Shown here: one piece after another, positions 35,811 through 47,619 of the stretch
Numbering within the stretch: the stretch's first letter is position 1
How the letters are laid out: the number at the start of each line of letters is the position of its first letter
Assembly: GCA_965644295.1 (NCBI GenBank)
Contig: CBFFRP010000169.1
Location: 187,721 to 251,720, forward strand
Length of the DNA: 64,000 nt
DNA from: Paraphysomonas bandaiensis
Lineage: Eukaryota > Protista > Chrysophyceae
Reading direction: 5' to 3'
Position numbers and translations under genes: made by a program
Notes under the pieces: model-generated
Database searches by the model: none
Told to the model about the DNA's origin: nothing
What the model saw: the letters and a program-made list of their open reading frames with translations, nothing else

Positions 35811-36249
35811 ATGGCGAGGTATACTTAATATGAGAAGGACTGTGATGGTTACTATCAGATCATGTACTGAGGAGCGAGTGCTGCACTGGTGTACTGGTGT
35901 ACTGGTGTACATACTGGACAAAATAGAGAAGTACAGTATCGAGTACTGCGAAAGTACTGGGGTACAGCAGTCGAAGTGTACTTGTGTGGTACAGAGCAGT
36001 ACATGTACGGCAGTACCGAAGAGTATAGGAGTACAGAGCAGTGTATCTGCAGTACCAAGTAGTACAGAGCAGTACAGTGTATAACAGTACTGTAGTACAG
36101 CAGCAGAACAGAGTAGCCGAGCACAGAATACAAGTAGCTTTACTTAAAGGATCTGAGGACACACTTCCCTGTACAATAATGCACTTCACTCCTCCTTCAC
36201 ACAATATCCATCTCATCCTTCCCTGTAAGTATACGTGAATTATACTAAC

Positions 36250-38013
36250 ATGAGCAATCGATCAGATTCTGAAAATGAAATCAATCGAAAAAAATACAAA
36301 AAAGAAAAGAAAGAAAGTCATTCAAAACATTCATATCAATCTTCTTTAAGGAGTGATAAGCGTCACAGGAGTAGTAGTCATAGTAGTCGCCGTAGTCGTA
36401 GTAGTCGGAGTTATCATGAGAGAAGAGACGCATATAATTCAGAAGAAGATAGACGATATAGCAGCCAATCATATCGTCGCGATAGACATGGAAGTAGAAG
36501 AGATAGAAGTAATAGTCGTGAAAGAAGTCGAAGTCGAAGAGAACGAAGTCAAAAAGAACGAAGTCGAAGTGATCGAGATAGAAGTCGAAGTGATAATAGA
36601 GGCAATAGATCTGATAGTAGAGACAGGCGTATAGATGAATCACGTGCATCTAGATCCCCATCTCTCTCCACACCTACTATTACTCACCATCAGCAACAAC
36701 AGCAGCACTTAGCTATGACTTTAGCTGCATGTGGTGGGATAGGAGGACCCTCTACTCCAACTACACCCGCTGCTCTTGCCTCTATATACACGAGTACATT
36801 GGGCATAAATTCCTTATCACTCCCATATAGCATCATCACTGCACTTGAACCCAAAGAACTCAGAGAGTTATTCATTGGCAATCTACCCCCTCAAACAACT
36901 GAACTAGTGCTCCAAGAGTTCCTTAATGCAGCTATGAGATACGTGGGATACGCTACTGGTCCAGAGGGTATGGATCCAGTTATCGCCACTAGAATGAATA
37001 ATAAATATGCATTTATCGAGTGTCGAACTGCTGATGATGCTACCAAATTAATGTCATTGAATAATATCCCATTTATGGGATGTTTTCTTAAGATTGGACG
37101 ACCCTCGAAATATAACGGTCCTCCAACCTATGCGCTTACATGGCAGCAATTGATTGCATCAACAACCTCACAGAATGATTCATCTCATGCATCACAATCA
37201 TTGTGTCAAACTGCTACATTGACCTCAGTTGATCCCACTACTAAAGTATATCGAGAGCTATTTGTGGGAAATACGTCTCCAGAAATGACTGAAAATGGAA
37301 TTCAGGAGTTTCTTGGCGGTGCATTGGAACGTATGGGGTTAACGACTGGTCCTGGTAATCCGATTATACAGTGTCGCACTAGTCCACGCTTTGCCTTTAT
37401 TGAGCTAAGAACTGTTGAAGAAACTGCGAATTGTATGAACTTAACAGGAATTCCATATATGGGGCAACCATTGAAGTTATCCCGCCCTTCGAAATATGCG
37501 GGACCATCCATCGCTTTTTACGAGTGGGATGACCTACTCTCCCGGTGGATGACCGGCGAGCTCAAGATTCAAACTGCAGGGCCGCCATCACCAGTTATCC
37601 GACTCACCAATATGTGCTCAGAGGGTGAATTGCGTGATAGTACGGCTCAAGAGGAGGTCATATCTGACACGCGGGAAGAGTGCACCCAATATGGTACTGT
37701 TGAGTTGATAACACTGCACGCTGGCCACGTGTTTGTACGAATGTCGTCAGAAGATGCAGCTAAAGCAGCACTAGTGGCACTGAAAGGAAGGACGTTTGAT
37801 GGGCGCGTGGTAGACGTGAAATTTTTTCCTTTGGAAAAGTTTATCGTAGGGGATCTGTCAGATCCACCTTCCGTCGTGGTCACTTCAAACGGTGTCACTA
37901 CAGTTGCTGCTGTTGTTGGAACAGTACCACGGCCTACAGCCGCCCAGTTATCAGTTGGTGGAGCATCAGCTCTTGGACAGTCAAGTCTGCAAAGTAGTTT
38001 TACTTTTACTTGA
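36250..38013 (+). CDS. U2AF large subunit (U2AF65)-like splicing factor: RS domain, two RRMs, C-terminal UHM
   Basis: RS-rich N-terminus, RELFIGN/RELFVGN RRMs ending RPSKY, UHM with GRTFDGRVV. Confidence 0.85.
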   Translation: MSNRSDSENEINRKKYKKEKKESHSKHSYQSSLRSDKRHRSSSHSSRRSRSSRSYHERRDAYNSEEDRRYSSQSYRRDRHGSRRDRSNSRERSRSRRERSQKERSRSDRDRSRSDNRGNRSDSRDRRIDESRASRSPSLSTPTITHHQQQQQHLAMTLAACGGIGGPSTPTTPAALASIYTSTLGINSLSLPYSIITALEPKELRELFIGNLPPQTTELVLQEFLNAAMRYVGYATGPEGMDPVIATRMNNKYAFIECRTADDATKLMSLNNIPFMGCFLKIGRPSKYNGPPTYALTWQQLIASTTSQNDSSHASQSLCQTATLTSVDPTTKVYRELFVGNTSPEMTENGIQEFLGGALERMGLTTGPGNPIIQCRTSPRFAFIELRTVEETANCMNLTGIPYMGQPLKLSRPSKYAGPSIAFYEWDDLLSRWMTGELKIQTAGPPSPVIRLTNMCSEGELRDSTAQEEVISDTREECTQYGTVELITLHAGHVFVRMSSEDAAKAALVALKGRTFDGRVVDVKFFPLEKFIVGDLSDPPSVVVTSNGVTTVAAVVGTVPRPTAAQLSVGGASALGQSSLQSSFTFT

Positions 38014-38745
38014 AATAGTTATCTGTAGTTGAATGATTATTTAGAGCAATTGTAATAAATGTGTGACTCAACCTGTAGTAGTTATTTGTGAGTAATAATT
38101 ATTCCCTTGATCGCGTAAAAATTACTATAAACAACATAAACTCAAAGTAGCTTCAAGCTAGTATAATACAGAAATGTCGTTGAAACATTTCTACTGAATG
38201 TAGACCCTGGTGATGTCGGCTGTGCATACATTATAGTTTGATAGTTTATACTTGCCAAAGGGAAAAAAGGGTAAATAATAAACGACATATATTAAAATAC
38301 GATTTCGATAATGCCATGTTAATATGCTAATCACCAGCTAGGACTGAATAATATTATCATTGCAGCAAAATAAACCAAACCAAGGTAAGTACATGTATCA
38401 GGTATCAGTATATGTACTACTGCACTATATAAAAATATTCGTTGGTTGTTAGAACTTTGAAATTCTGTTCATAAAGATGGCGTTAAGATTGTACTACGTA
38501 CTATCTCATCCATTAGCAGAGCAATCTATCACCAAACACCAAACATGGAATAGCACTGTACTAAATGTAAGTGAGTACAATAGAATTCTTTTAGGTCGAA
38601 TATTTTGAAGTAGGTTAAAATCTATATCAGCGCAATGATGTTTGCCCCATTCTGAGAGCGTACCCTAGTGAAGTGCTAGTGTTGACTATAAGCTAAGTAA
38701 CGTATAGATTATTAATAAAAATCTCAGCGTATTATTCGTGTGTTG

Positions 38746-39258
38746 GCATCAAGAAAGCTCTAGCTAGATCTACACTATACCTGCATAGCCTATATGAGAT
38801 TACGAGAAACCCCGCGCATTCTAGGGGAGGGAGGGGGGCGGCCAATGTCATGCATGGTCACGAGAATCCCCGCGTAATCTTTGTTAGGTAATGATGGGAA
38901 GGTACACATGGTCCTAATAGAATCTGCGCGAATTACATATATAAAAGTCATGCATAATTATGAGAAATCCCGCGTAATCTCAGCAAAGGTTAACACAGGT
39001 GGGGGGAACAACAGAATCTGCGCGTGATCTATATGGTCAGCAAAGTTGGCACACGGGTGGGTGGGTAGTAGAATTTGTGCTATATCTTGGTGTTATAGGT
39101 ATTATAGGTGGGGCACCAGCCAGCCTACATTATGGCCACGCCCTCGGAATGGGGCACTTTGTGTATCGGCACCAAGAAAACTCTAGCTAGATCTACACTA
39201 TACTTGCATAGCCTATATGAGATTACGAGAAACCCCGCGCATTCTAAGGGGGAGGGGG
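38746..39258 (+). repeat. ~90-bp direct repeats (38746-38835, 39169-39258) with internal cgagaa-cccgcg subrepeats; related copy at ~22748-22840
   Basis: ctctagctagatctacactatac.tgcatagcctatatgagattacgagaaaccccgcgcattcta occurs twice. Confidence 0.7.
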
Positions 39259-40007
39259 AGTGGGACAAGGTCGATCAGATGCAATATAAGATATTAATGT
39301 CCAGAAATAAAAGAATATGTAATATATTGAACTTTTACTGTACTTTCTGCTTCAGCTCTCTTGACTCTTGTAGAAAAGGCTTTTACGATGTTATGAAACT
39401 CTGTTATTTACTTATAGTTTCGTTAATATAGTAAATAACGGTTGTCACTATGTCTACCGCTATTGGAGGTGGGGACATATTTTAGATTATAAGTGCAGAT
39501 CAGTTGTCAGTACTATTATCACTATGTAGATTGACAAACAAACTTCCACAGATAGACTTTTTCTATTTCTGATATACTGATACTGACAAGACTGAAACAA
39601 TACAGCATATTTTTGAAATAATTTAGACACTCCTTCGTGTATCAAACTGCCTGTATTCTTCCAAGGCAATGTTGCTAGGAATAAACATAAGCTACACGTC
39701 GTAGTAAACAAGAAATAAAAATTATATAAACAGTCAATCGATCGTAAAATATTATAATCACTATTATTGATAATGTGTTGTTATAGATATTCCCATATTC
39801 TTTCGTAAACTACAAATACTACAAAAGGACAGTTAACTCGAAAAACTTAAAATGAAGATAACTGAATAGACTCGACTACTAGTAAATTATTAAACCAAAT
39901 ATGCTACATGCTATGGCATCGAATCATGTCAGTCAAACAAGATTAAGATACAGGAATCAAGTACATAGCACATACACCAATCGTACTGTATCGTTCCGTA
40001 TATACTC

Positions 40008-40628
40008 CTACATTCCTTCACCACGCTCATACGCATCAATCGCCTCCTGCAGAACAAGTTGTTAAGAATTCAAAATATAAACTATATCAACACACTTTAA
40101 ACTTGTCCTTAATGGTACCGGTTTCTGTCAAAAGATCATCCACAGCTGCTAAAAATACATTCTTGGGAGTACTTTTCTGACTCATTGTCTGTACTCTTAT
40201 GTGACAGTCGTTCACGAGAGGATGGGGCACTCTGTACCCTGCAAATCTAACTGAAGTATCTCGAAGTAGTTGACTACAGCAAACATCAGTATGAATCTAA
40301 CGGTATGAATACATGAACCTACATGCGTATTAAGTTCCCCATAGTATGATCCTCCTTACCAAGAACAAACAGACCTGTCGACGGGTCATACATACGAACA
40401 CACAACCATACACACATACACACATCTACACACACTAACATGCCATCTATATACACATGTATATACATGTTAACGTATACACACACTCCTATACATCTAT
40501 ACACAGAGAGCCCAGCGGCCACAGGCATCACCTGCATTAGGCATCTTAGTGTCCGGAATAAACTGTAACTTCTGTCCCTCGTCCTCGTCGTCCCATCTCC
40601 ATGATGTGAACCTCTCAGGAGCGTTCAT
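40008..40628 (-). CDS. RPB11: RNA polymerase II subunit RPB11, 4 exons
   Basis: MNAPERF...DTKMPNAG|LFVLGKEDHTMGNLIR|QLLRDTSVRFAGYRVPHPL...|EAIDAYERGEGM*. Confidence 0.93.
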
Positions 40629-40717
40629 ACTGATATGTATATACAGGTATAAATAGACGACGAGCTACACACTAATAACTATATGACTATAACTATATAC
40701 ACATATATACATGACTG

Positions 40718-41317
40718 ATGTATGTATGTATGTATGTATGTATGTATGTATGTATGTATGTATGTATGTATGTATGTATGTATGTATGTATGTATGTATG
40801 TATGTATGTATGTATGTATGTATGTATGTATGTATGTAGGTATGTATGTATGTATGTATGTATGTATGTATGTATGTATGTATGTATGTATGTAGGTATG
40901 TATGTATGTATGTATGTATGTATGTATGTATGTATGTATGTATGTATGTATGTATGTATGTATGTATGTATGTATGTATGTATGTATGTATGTATGTAGG
41001 TAGGTAGGTATGTATGTATGTATGTATGTATGTAGGTATGTATGTATGTATGTATGTATGTATGTATGTATGTATGTATGTATGTATGTATGTATGTATG
41101 TATGTATGTATGTATGTATGTATGTATGTATGTATGTATGTATGTATGTATGTATGTATGTATGTATGTATGTATGTATGTATGTATGCATGTTATGTAT
41201 GTATGTATGTATGTATGTATGTATGTATGTATGTATGTATGTATGTATGTATGTATGTATGTATGTATGTATGTATGTATGTATGTATGTATGTATGTAT
41301 GTATGTATGTATGTATG

Positions 41318-41348
<31 letters not shown>

Positions 41349-41489
41349 GTATGTATGTATGTATGTATGTATGTATGTATGTATGTATGTATGTATGTAT
41401 GTATGTATGTATGTATGTATGTATGTATGTATGTATGTATGTATGTATGTATGTATGTATGTATGTATGTGTATGTATGTATGTATGTA
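40718..41489 (+). repeat. (TATG)n microsatellite, ~770 bp
   Basis: Direct observation. Confidence 0.97.
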
Positions 41490-41564
41490 CGGAGGTGGGT
41501 AGGTATGTTATTGTTGATAGGTATATCTGTGCTGAAAGCAGGTCACGATCTAGTCCCACTCTAG

Positions 41565-43128
41565 ATGATTACCACGCCACCCTCATCTCCTACGGTCTAT
41601 CTTGTTCGTCATGGCGAAAGCGAGTCGAATGTTCATTTTAAGATAGCTGTGGAGTGTTTGTTGGGTCTCTGCTCCCCTCGCCTCTACTCGGCCTCAAGTT
41701 TCATCGCATTCATATCTGCAATATGGCACCTCACTGTAAGATATAATCCGGACTCTTGTCTTTCTGAACTGGGTCACAGGCAGGCGGCGTCTGTGAAGGA
41801 GTTCTTTGAGGAGTATCGCGATCTGCTGGGTGCAGATGTAGTGTACGCACATAGTGCACTACGGCGTGCTCAACAGACTGCCCGTACTGCCTGTGGAGAT
41901 GAAGTCAAATATATAGTACTAGAATGTTTAAATGAGGCAAACCAGACGGAGCATATATTTCCTCATCTTCTCAGAGACCGTATAAAACGGCTTGAGACTT
42001 GGGTGGCAGGTTTGGATCGCAGTTCTGTGGTGGTTGCAGTGGGCCATGCGCAATACTTCAAGCATATGTTGGGGCGGGATGACCACATGCAAAATTGCGA
42101 TGTTTGGCGACTTAAACCAACTTTCAGCATGTCCGGTGATACCACCGTGGATTGGGGGACACCTGAGGTGATATTTCGCTCCCCGTTGGCGTATTCGCAC
42201 CCCCTCAATCGACTCAAAGCATTGCTGTTTTCCACCCGACATGTCCCAGACAATACACCGCCCTCTGATATGGATGGCGCTGAGGATGAGCCAATGTGTA
42301 GAATATGCCAGGTATGAATTGTTAAGCATACAGCATTATTTTTCTGTATGTATCCAACTCTTGACTGATATGTGGTCCTAGATGACCCAATCAGAATCCC
42401 CAGAGTCTCGTCTGATTCGTCCCTGTCGTTGTACGGGATCGCTTTCATATGTTCACTTGAAATGTCTTAACGAGTGGCGTGCCACCTCATCTACGGCTTC
42501 ATACCAGTGTTTCGTGTGCAAGTACTCTTACCGAATAGAACGCACAGCCTTAGCAGAATTTCTTATGAGCGAAACGGCAGCTAGAGCCATATCTGTAATC
42601 ATTGTATTGGCGATGCTATGTCTGGCGGGAAGCGCATGTTTATTTATTGCAGTACCGGTATGGGGCCTTGATATTTGCCGTGAATTCTGCACGCTAGTTC
42701 ACTGGCGGCTCTGGTGGCGTTCGTGCACATTCCAACGCCTGCCGTATAACTATACTCCTGTCCGATTACTTCGTGAGTATATGTACGTTGATATTGAACA
42801 GATACGAGAGCGTCTGCTATGTAACTATGGTACATTTTTGGTAATAGAAATAAGTATGTCGGGGTGTATAGTCATTGGTACTGTGAGTATTATCCTATAT
42901 ATGATCAATGCAATGATAAAGTTTGTCCGCTCGAATGAGGCACGCGATGCTAGGGAACTTGCTTTGCTGACAGCTTGGGCTGCTAGCCTGACGCAGACAC
43001 ACATAGGCAGGCTGGGTATATGGGTAGGAATGGCAGTTGCATCCAGAGAGGTTTACTCAAATGTGATTGTCTATGGTCGAAAAATTGCCCAAGCTATAGG
43101 AGAAAATATTTTAGAGCCTAATCAGTAG
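41565..43128 (+). CDS. Histidine phosphatase (PGM-like) fused to RING-CH (MARCH-type) E3 ligase with TM helices; exons 41565-42311 and 42382-43128
   Basis: LVRHGESESN, SALRRAQQTA, AVGH. The RINGv CRIC|...PCRCTGSLSYVHLKCLNEW...CFVC spans a phase-0 intron. Confidence 0.85.
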
Positions 43129-43335
43129 TTATGTGTTACTATTATAAAGTGTGTACTACTTACTATCAATAGTTGTGTATTTTGCATTGATTATTTGTAA
43201 ATAAGCATGGCATGTATTCTACAAAAGTAGCACAGCACGTTAGTTAGAGAGCTATACATTTCGGTACTACCTATATCTTGTAGAATATTTTCCATCGCAC
43301 CGTTGAATAAAAACGGTGTTTACAATAATACATGT

Positions 43336-43420
43336 CAGGGCCTGGTAATCATTAATAGTAATGACATTATAATTGCAGGGAACCCATAAAGGGGCCATTA
43401 ACGGTCGTTACCAGGCCCTG
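43336..43420. mobile_element. 85-bp hAT-like MITE, TIR CAGGGCCTGGTAA, 8-bp TSD atacatgt/atacacgt
   Basis: Terminal inverted repeats and a near-perfect 8-bp TSD. A related end lies at ~49873-49885. Confidence 0.75.
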
Positions 43421-43520
43421 ATACACGTCCGCATTTGAAGGTTAATACAGTAGCCACACAGCGTTGTCGAGTCAAAAACAACAATATAGAATATAGTATA
43501 ATTAACTTAATGAATCTCCA

Positions 43521-44798
43521 CTACGAGGCAATTATTCTGTATATATATACTCTCGCCATTTGCCATGACATCTTATAAAAACTGTCACTAACTAGCATCA
43601 CATTGCTGCATCCCTTCGGCAGAGGCTTTAGTGATATAAAATACGAACTTGGCTTCATTCGACTAACTCTATCTCCAAGTTGCGTCATCATATCGTCTGT
43701 AAACAGCAGTGACGCACAATATACAATGTCCGCCTCTTCCCACCAATTGATCTCAAATATATCACCCGTATCAATACATATCTCAGGCATAGGACTACTA
43801 AGTGTGTACCTCCCCCCTGGGCTCATCAGGAGGCCCAATATACGATCCCTTGACATAACTACATCAGATTCCCCTGAGCCCACAACTTCGGTAACCTCAT
43901 CAGATTCACATGAGCCCACAATCTCGGCAGCAACATCAGGTTCACTCAAACTCACACCTTTGGCAGCCATATCAGGGTCATCACAATTCATATCTTCGGT
44001 ATTCGATTTGTGTATTCCTTCTACAGTGGATTGCTCATCACAAGCTTGTCTCTCACAGCTGTGTTCAACCATGGAGGGCGCACACAATCTGTCATTTTCT
44101 GAAGGGTCAGTGTTTGTATGAAATATCTCTACAACATCTCCGCGGACAAGTACCGAATCCGGATGAGCCATAAGAAACTTCTTAAATGTCTTATGGCCTG
44201 AATTTTTCAAGAGCTTCCTGTACTCTTTATGTCCTACAGTCTTACACAACGATGCCACCAACGACTCAATGTTCAGTGACCGCGCTGGAAGATTCTCTAG
44301 TTCAGTCTGTACCATACTAATCAGATTGCAGCCCGAGGTATCCGACGCAGAAGATTTGGTGCCTGTCACCTTTGATTCTGGTGCATCAGTTACTGGTCGC
44401 TGATGTTGATTCTGGCGAGCAGCACCCAAGAGTGACTGCAGGTTGGTGCTAACTGACGACGCTGCAGCTGAGAGTTCCGGTAGTAGTTCAATTCCCCATA
44501 CCTTCGAAAAAGTACTATCTGACCACAACGCAGCACACAGCACAGCAACACCGGAGCCGCATCCCAAATCAACGAACACCGCATTCTTCTTCTGAGCAGC
44601 AGAGGCGCACAAAATCTGAACAAAACTCTTCGGTACCACTTCGCCATATGTTAGCGACTTATCGTTTGCATCACGCTGAAGAGTAGACCGGTCCTTTAGG
44701 GACAGGGCCTTAGCGTGGACACCCCTGTAGAGCTCACGCAACAGCTTTACGATGAAATCATTGCGGTGCAGGGTGTTGGAACTCTTCTTTCTATGCAT
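43521..44798 (-). CDS. DOT1-like class I SAM methyltransferase with a large internal insertion (start uncertain)
   Basis: LTYGEV, FVDLGCGSG, WGIELLPEL, GDIF...ADIVYCASLLF. Confidence 0.75.
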   Translation of the reverse strand: MHRKKSSNTLHRNDFIVKLLRELYRGVHAKALSLKDRSTLQRDANDKSLTYGEVVPKSFVQILCASAAQKKNAVFVDLGCGSGVAVLCAALWSDSTFSKVWGIELLPELSAAASSVSTNLQSLLGAARQNQHQRPVTDAPESKVTGTKSSASDTSGCNLISMVQTELENLPARSLNIESLVASLCKTVGHKEYRKLLKNSGHKTFKKFLMAHPDSVLVRGDVVEIFHTNTDPSENDRLCAPSMVEHSCERQACDEQSTVEGIHKSNTEDMNCDDPDMAAKGVSLSEPDVAAEIVGSCESDEVTEVVGSGESDVVMSRDRILGLLMSPGGRYTLSSPMPEICIDTGDIFEINWWEEADIVYCASLLFTDDMMTQLGDRVSRMKPSSYFISLKPLPKGCSNVMLVSDSFYKMSWQMARVYIYRIIAS

Positions 44799-45311
44799 CG
44801 TTAGCGTCACACACGTAAATTTATTCCTTCGAAGGGTCAGTAGCCCCCCATGTGGCGTGTAAGGCTCGTATATAGATATGTGTGACTGTAGTAGTTCAGG
44901 TCAGGAGGAGTGGAGCCGACTTGTATGCATGGACATCACGCCACTGCGTATGCATGTATTATCAGTGTATTCCAGGTGGTGATACAGCAGTATGGTGAAG
45001 ACTGCGGTACTACAACTCGTACAACCACTTCGTAATACATTAAATAGTACCATACGGTATGACAGGGTATACAGTTGTATACACATGGCGTATACTTGTG
45101 TGTACAGCGTAGGAGTACAGCAGTATATAGGTAGGTAGGTAGGTACAGCAGTGTGCAGGTATGTATTTGTATAGGTAGGTATATGGGTGTCTCTGGAGAT
45201 ACGTGTGTATGTATGTATCATTGTCTCAGGCATCTTCATATTCCACCCTCACTATACATATACATATACATACCCCACCATCCAGTGGATAGGTTCCCAA
45301 AACACCCCACA

Positions 45312-47199
45312 ATGTCAGTATTCGGTTCAGATGCCCCTAGTATGTCCACTGAGGATGCAATGCGTGATTCTCTGTTAACTAACGCTCTATTGCCACCTGA
45401 ACAACGCTCGAGTTTTATGTCTCTCTTTACGAGATTTTTACAACAAAAACATCAATCTTCAAAGCAGATGCAGATATTAGATAGTCTAGGGGATGTTAAT
45501 GATGTAAGATGATATGCACTGTGTTTCTATTGATGATATATCTTACTTGTGGTTATACAGGAGAGACTCTTAAAGCGTGATAGTATACCTGCGTGTCCCT
45601 CTGATTCTGTTCTTCGACACGAGTTGTTGGACAAAGTTGTTGTCGTTCGATTGAATGGAGGGTTGGGTTCAACAATGGGATGTCACAGTATACCCAAATG
45701 TGCTATTGAAGTTCGTAACGGACAGTCCTTTCTGGATCTGTCTATACGTCAAATAGAATATCTTAATTCTCTACATGGTGTTGATTTGCCTATCATATAC
45801 TTGAATTCATTTAAAACTCACACAATCACAACGAAATTGATTCGCCGTTACAGGTATTGTTCTACTTATGTAGATGATCTGTTAATAAATCTCGCGTATT
45901 AGAAAACACAATCTTACAATCCACACCGTCCTCCAGAACTGCTTCCCGCGAATTAGCAAGACCACTTTAATGCCGATGCCCTCAGGTCCTTTCTCAGAAG
46001 ACGCTCCTGAGGAATGGTAAGATGTCCAAGCTCTAAATCCAATATATACATGACTATGCTAATGTTAGGTATCCACCTGGCCATGGTGACCTGTATTACT
46101 CTCTCTGGTCGTCCGGAGTTCTGGACTCACTTCTACATGATGGAAAGGTGCTTGTATTCAACATGTATTTATAGCATTGCTACTCTCGTTGTGACTGAGA
46201 ATAATTCAGGAATATATATTTGTGTCAAATATCGACAATCTGTGCGCTACTGTGGACCTGGACATACTATACCATCTCTTCTGCAATGAGGTAGATATGT
46301 GCATGGAAGTCACGAGCCCCAATCGAACTGATATAGACGGTGGATACCTCACTGTCAATGCAGATGGCAAGGTTAGTGTCGTTGTTCTGCCTGTAGTATC
46401 ATGTAATGGATGTTCCAGCTGAGACTGGTAGAAATCAATGAGGTTCCGATAGAGAAACGAGACGAGTTTAAGCGCAGACATAAACATTTCAATACTAACA
46501 ACCTCTGGATTAATTTGCGAGCTCTTAAGCGCACCATGGATGCTGGGGAGGCTCCGGAACGAGTGATTGTTACGGTGTGTGATAAATGTTTTGTTGCACT
46601 ACGTTTGTATTCCTTCAGATGACGAATGGATGTGCAGGAGAGGGAGGGAGGAGATATGGGGGTTACAGTACTGCAACTGGAGACCACTGCAGGATCGCTC
46701 ATCAGCAAACTACCAAAGCCCCTTATAATTGGTATGCGTGCATTTATCTCTCAATGTTTCGAATAGTATGCTTCCCATTCTGTGGTTAATATTTTGAATG
46801 AAATTGCCTTGTTTATACGCAGATGTGGAAAGGAAGAGGCGGTATGTACCAGTTAAGACCACTGCTGACCTACTCCTCATTCAGAGTGATCTATTTACAA
46901 TCAAACATGGTGCCCTCTGGTTGAATTCTGATCGTATGGACCAGCCTCTTCCATTGGTAAAACTTGGTCAAGAATTTGCATCAATTGATGATTATCAACG
47001 TCACATGAGGAACAACCGACCAAATATGCTTGAGTTGGAGCACCTCACTATTACGGGAGATGTCTATATTGGCGCGAATGTTACTCTCAAGGGCACGGTT
47101 ATCATTATTGCTGTAGATGGAAGTGTAATCATGATACCAGACGGTTCGACGCTTGTGGATAAGGTGGTTACAGGAAACTTAAAAATCCTGGATCATTAG
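45312..47199 (+). CDS. UGP: UDP-glucose pyrophosphorylase (UTP-glucose-1-phosphate uridylyltransferase), ~7 introns
   Basis: LNGGLGSTMG...PKCAIEVR, W|YPPGHGD, FVSNIDNL, FNTNNLWINL, VPVKTTADLLL, LKGTVII, GNLKILDH. Confidence 0.92.
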
Positions 47200-47619
47200 G
47201 ATTTTTGCGCGACGAAATGTATGGTAGTACTCTATAATATGCGCAGTGTATAACATGACGAGTTTATTGGCTCAAAATTGAAGCTCTAGTCTATGTACTC
47301 GGTAGTTCATTAGATTGTTTATTTCTTTGTTCTATAGATTGTTGCGAGTACTATAGCCATACTTGCTTTGAAGCTGCCCTGTAGCCCGTGGGCTGTAGTC
47401 ACGAGTAACGATTCTTGTTTCGTAAGTATTAATACAAAGAGATAGAATACAACATTTAGTTTCCGTATGACATACATCGGAAGAAGCGAATGTGGGTGTT
47501 ATGACTAAACCCGAGGAAAAGTAAGTTCTTACTGCATATTTCATTGTATATTATGGTTAAGTAAGGCATAAGATAACAAAACCCTTATTTATCTTTAATT
47601 TAAAAGCTGCACCTACGAG

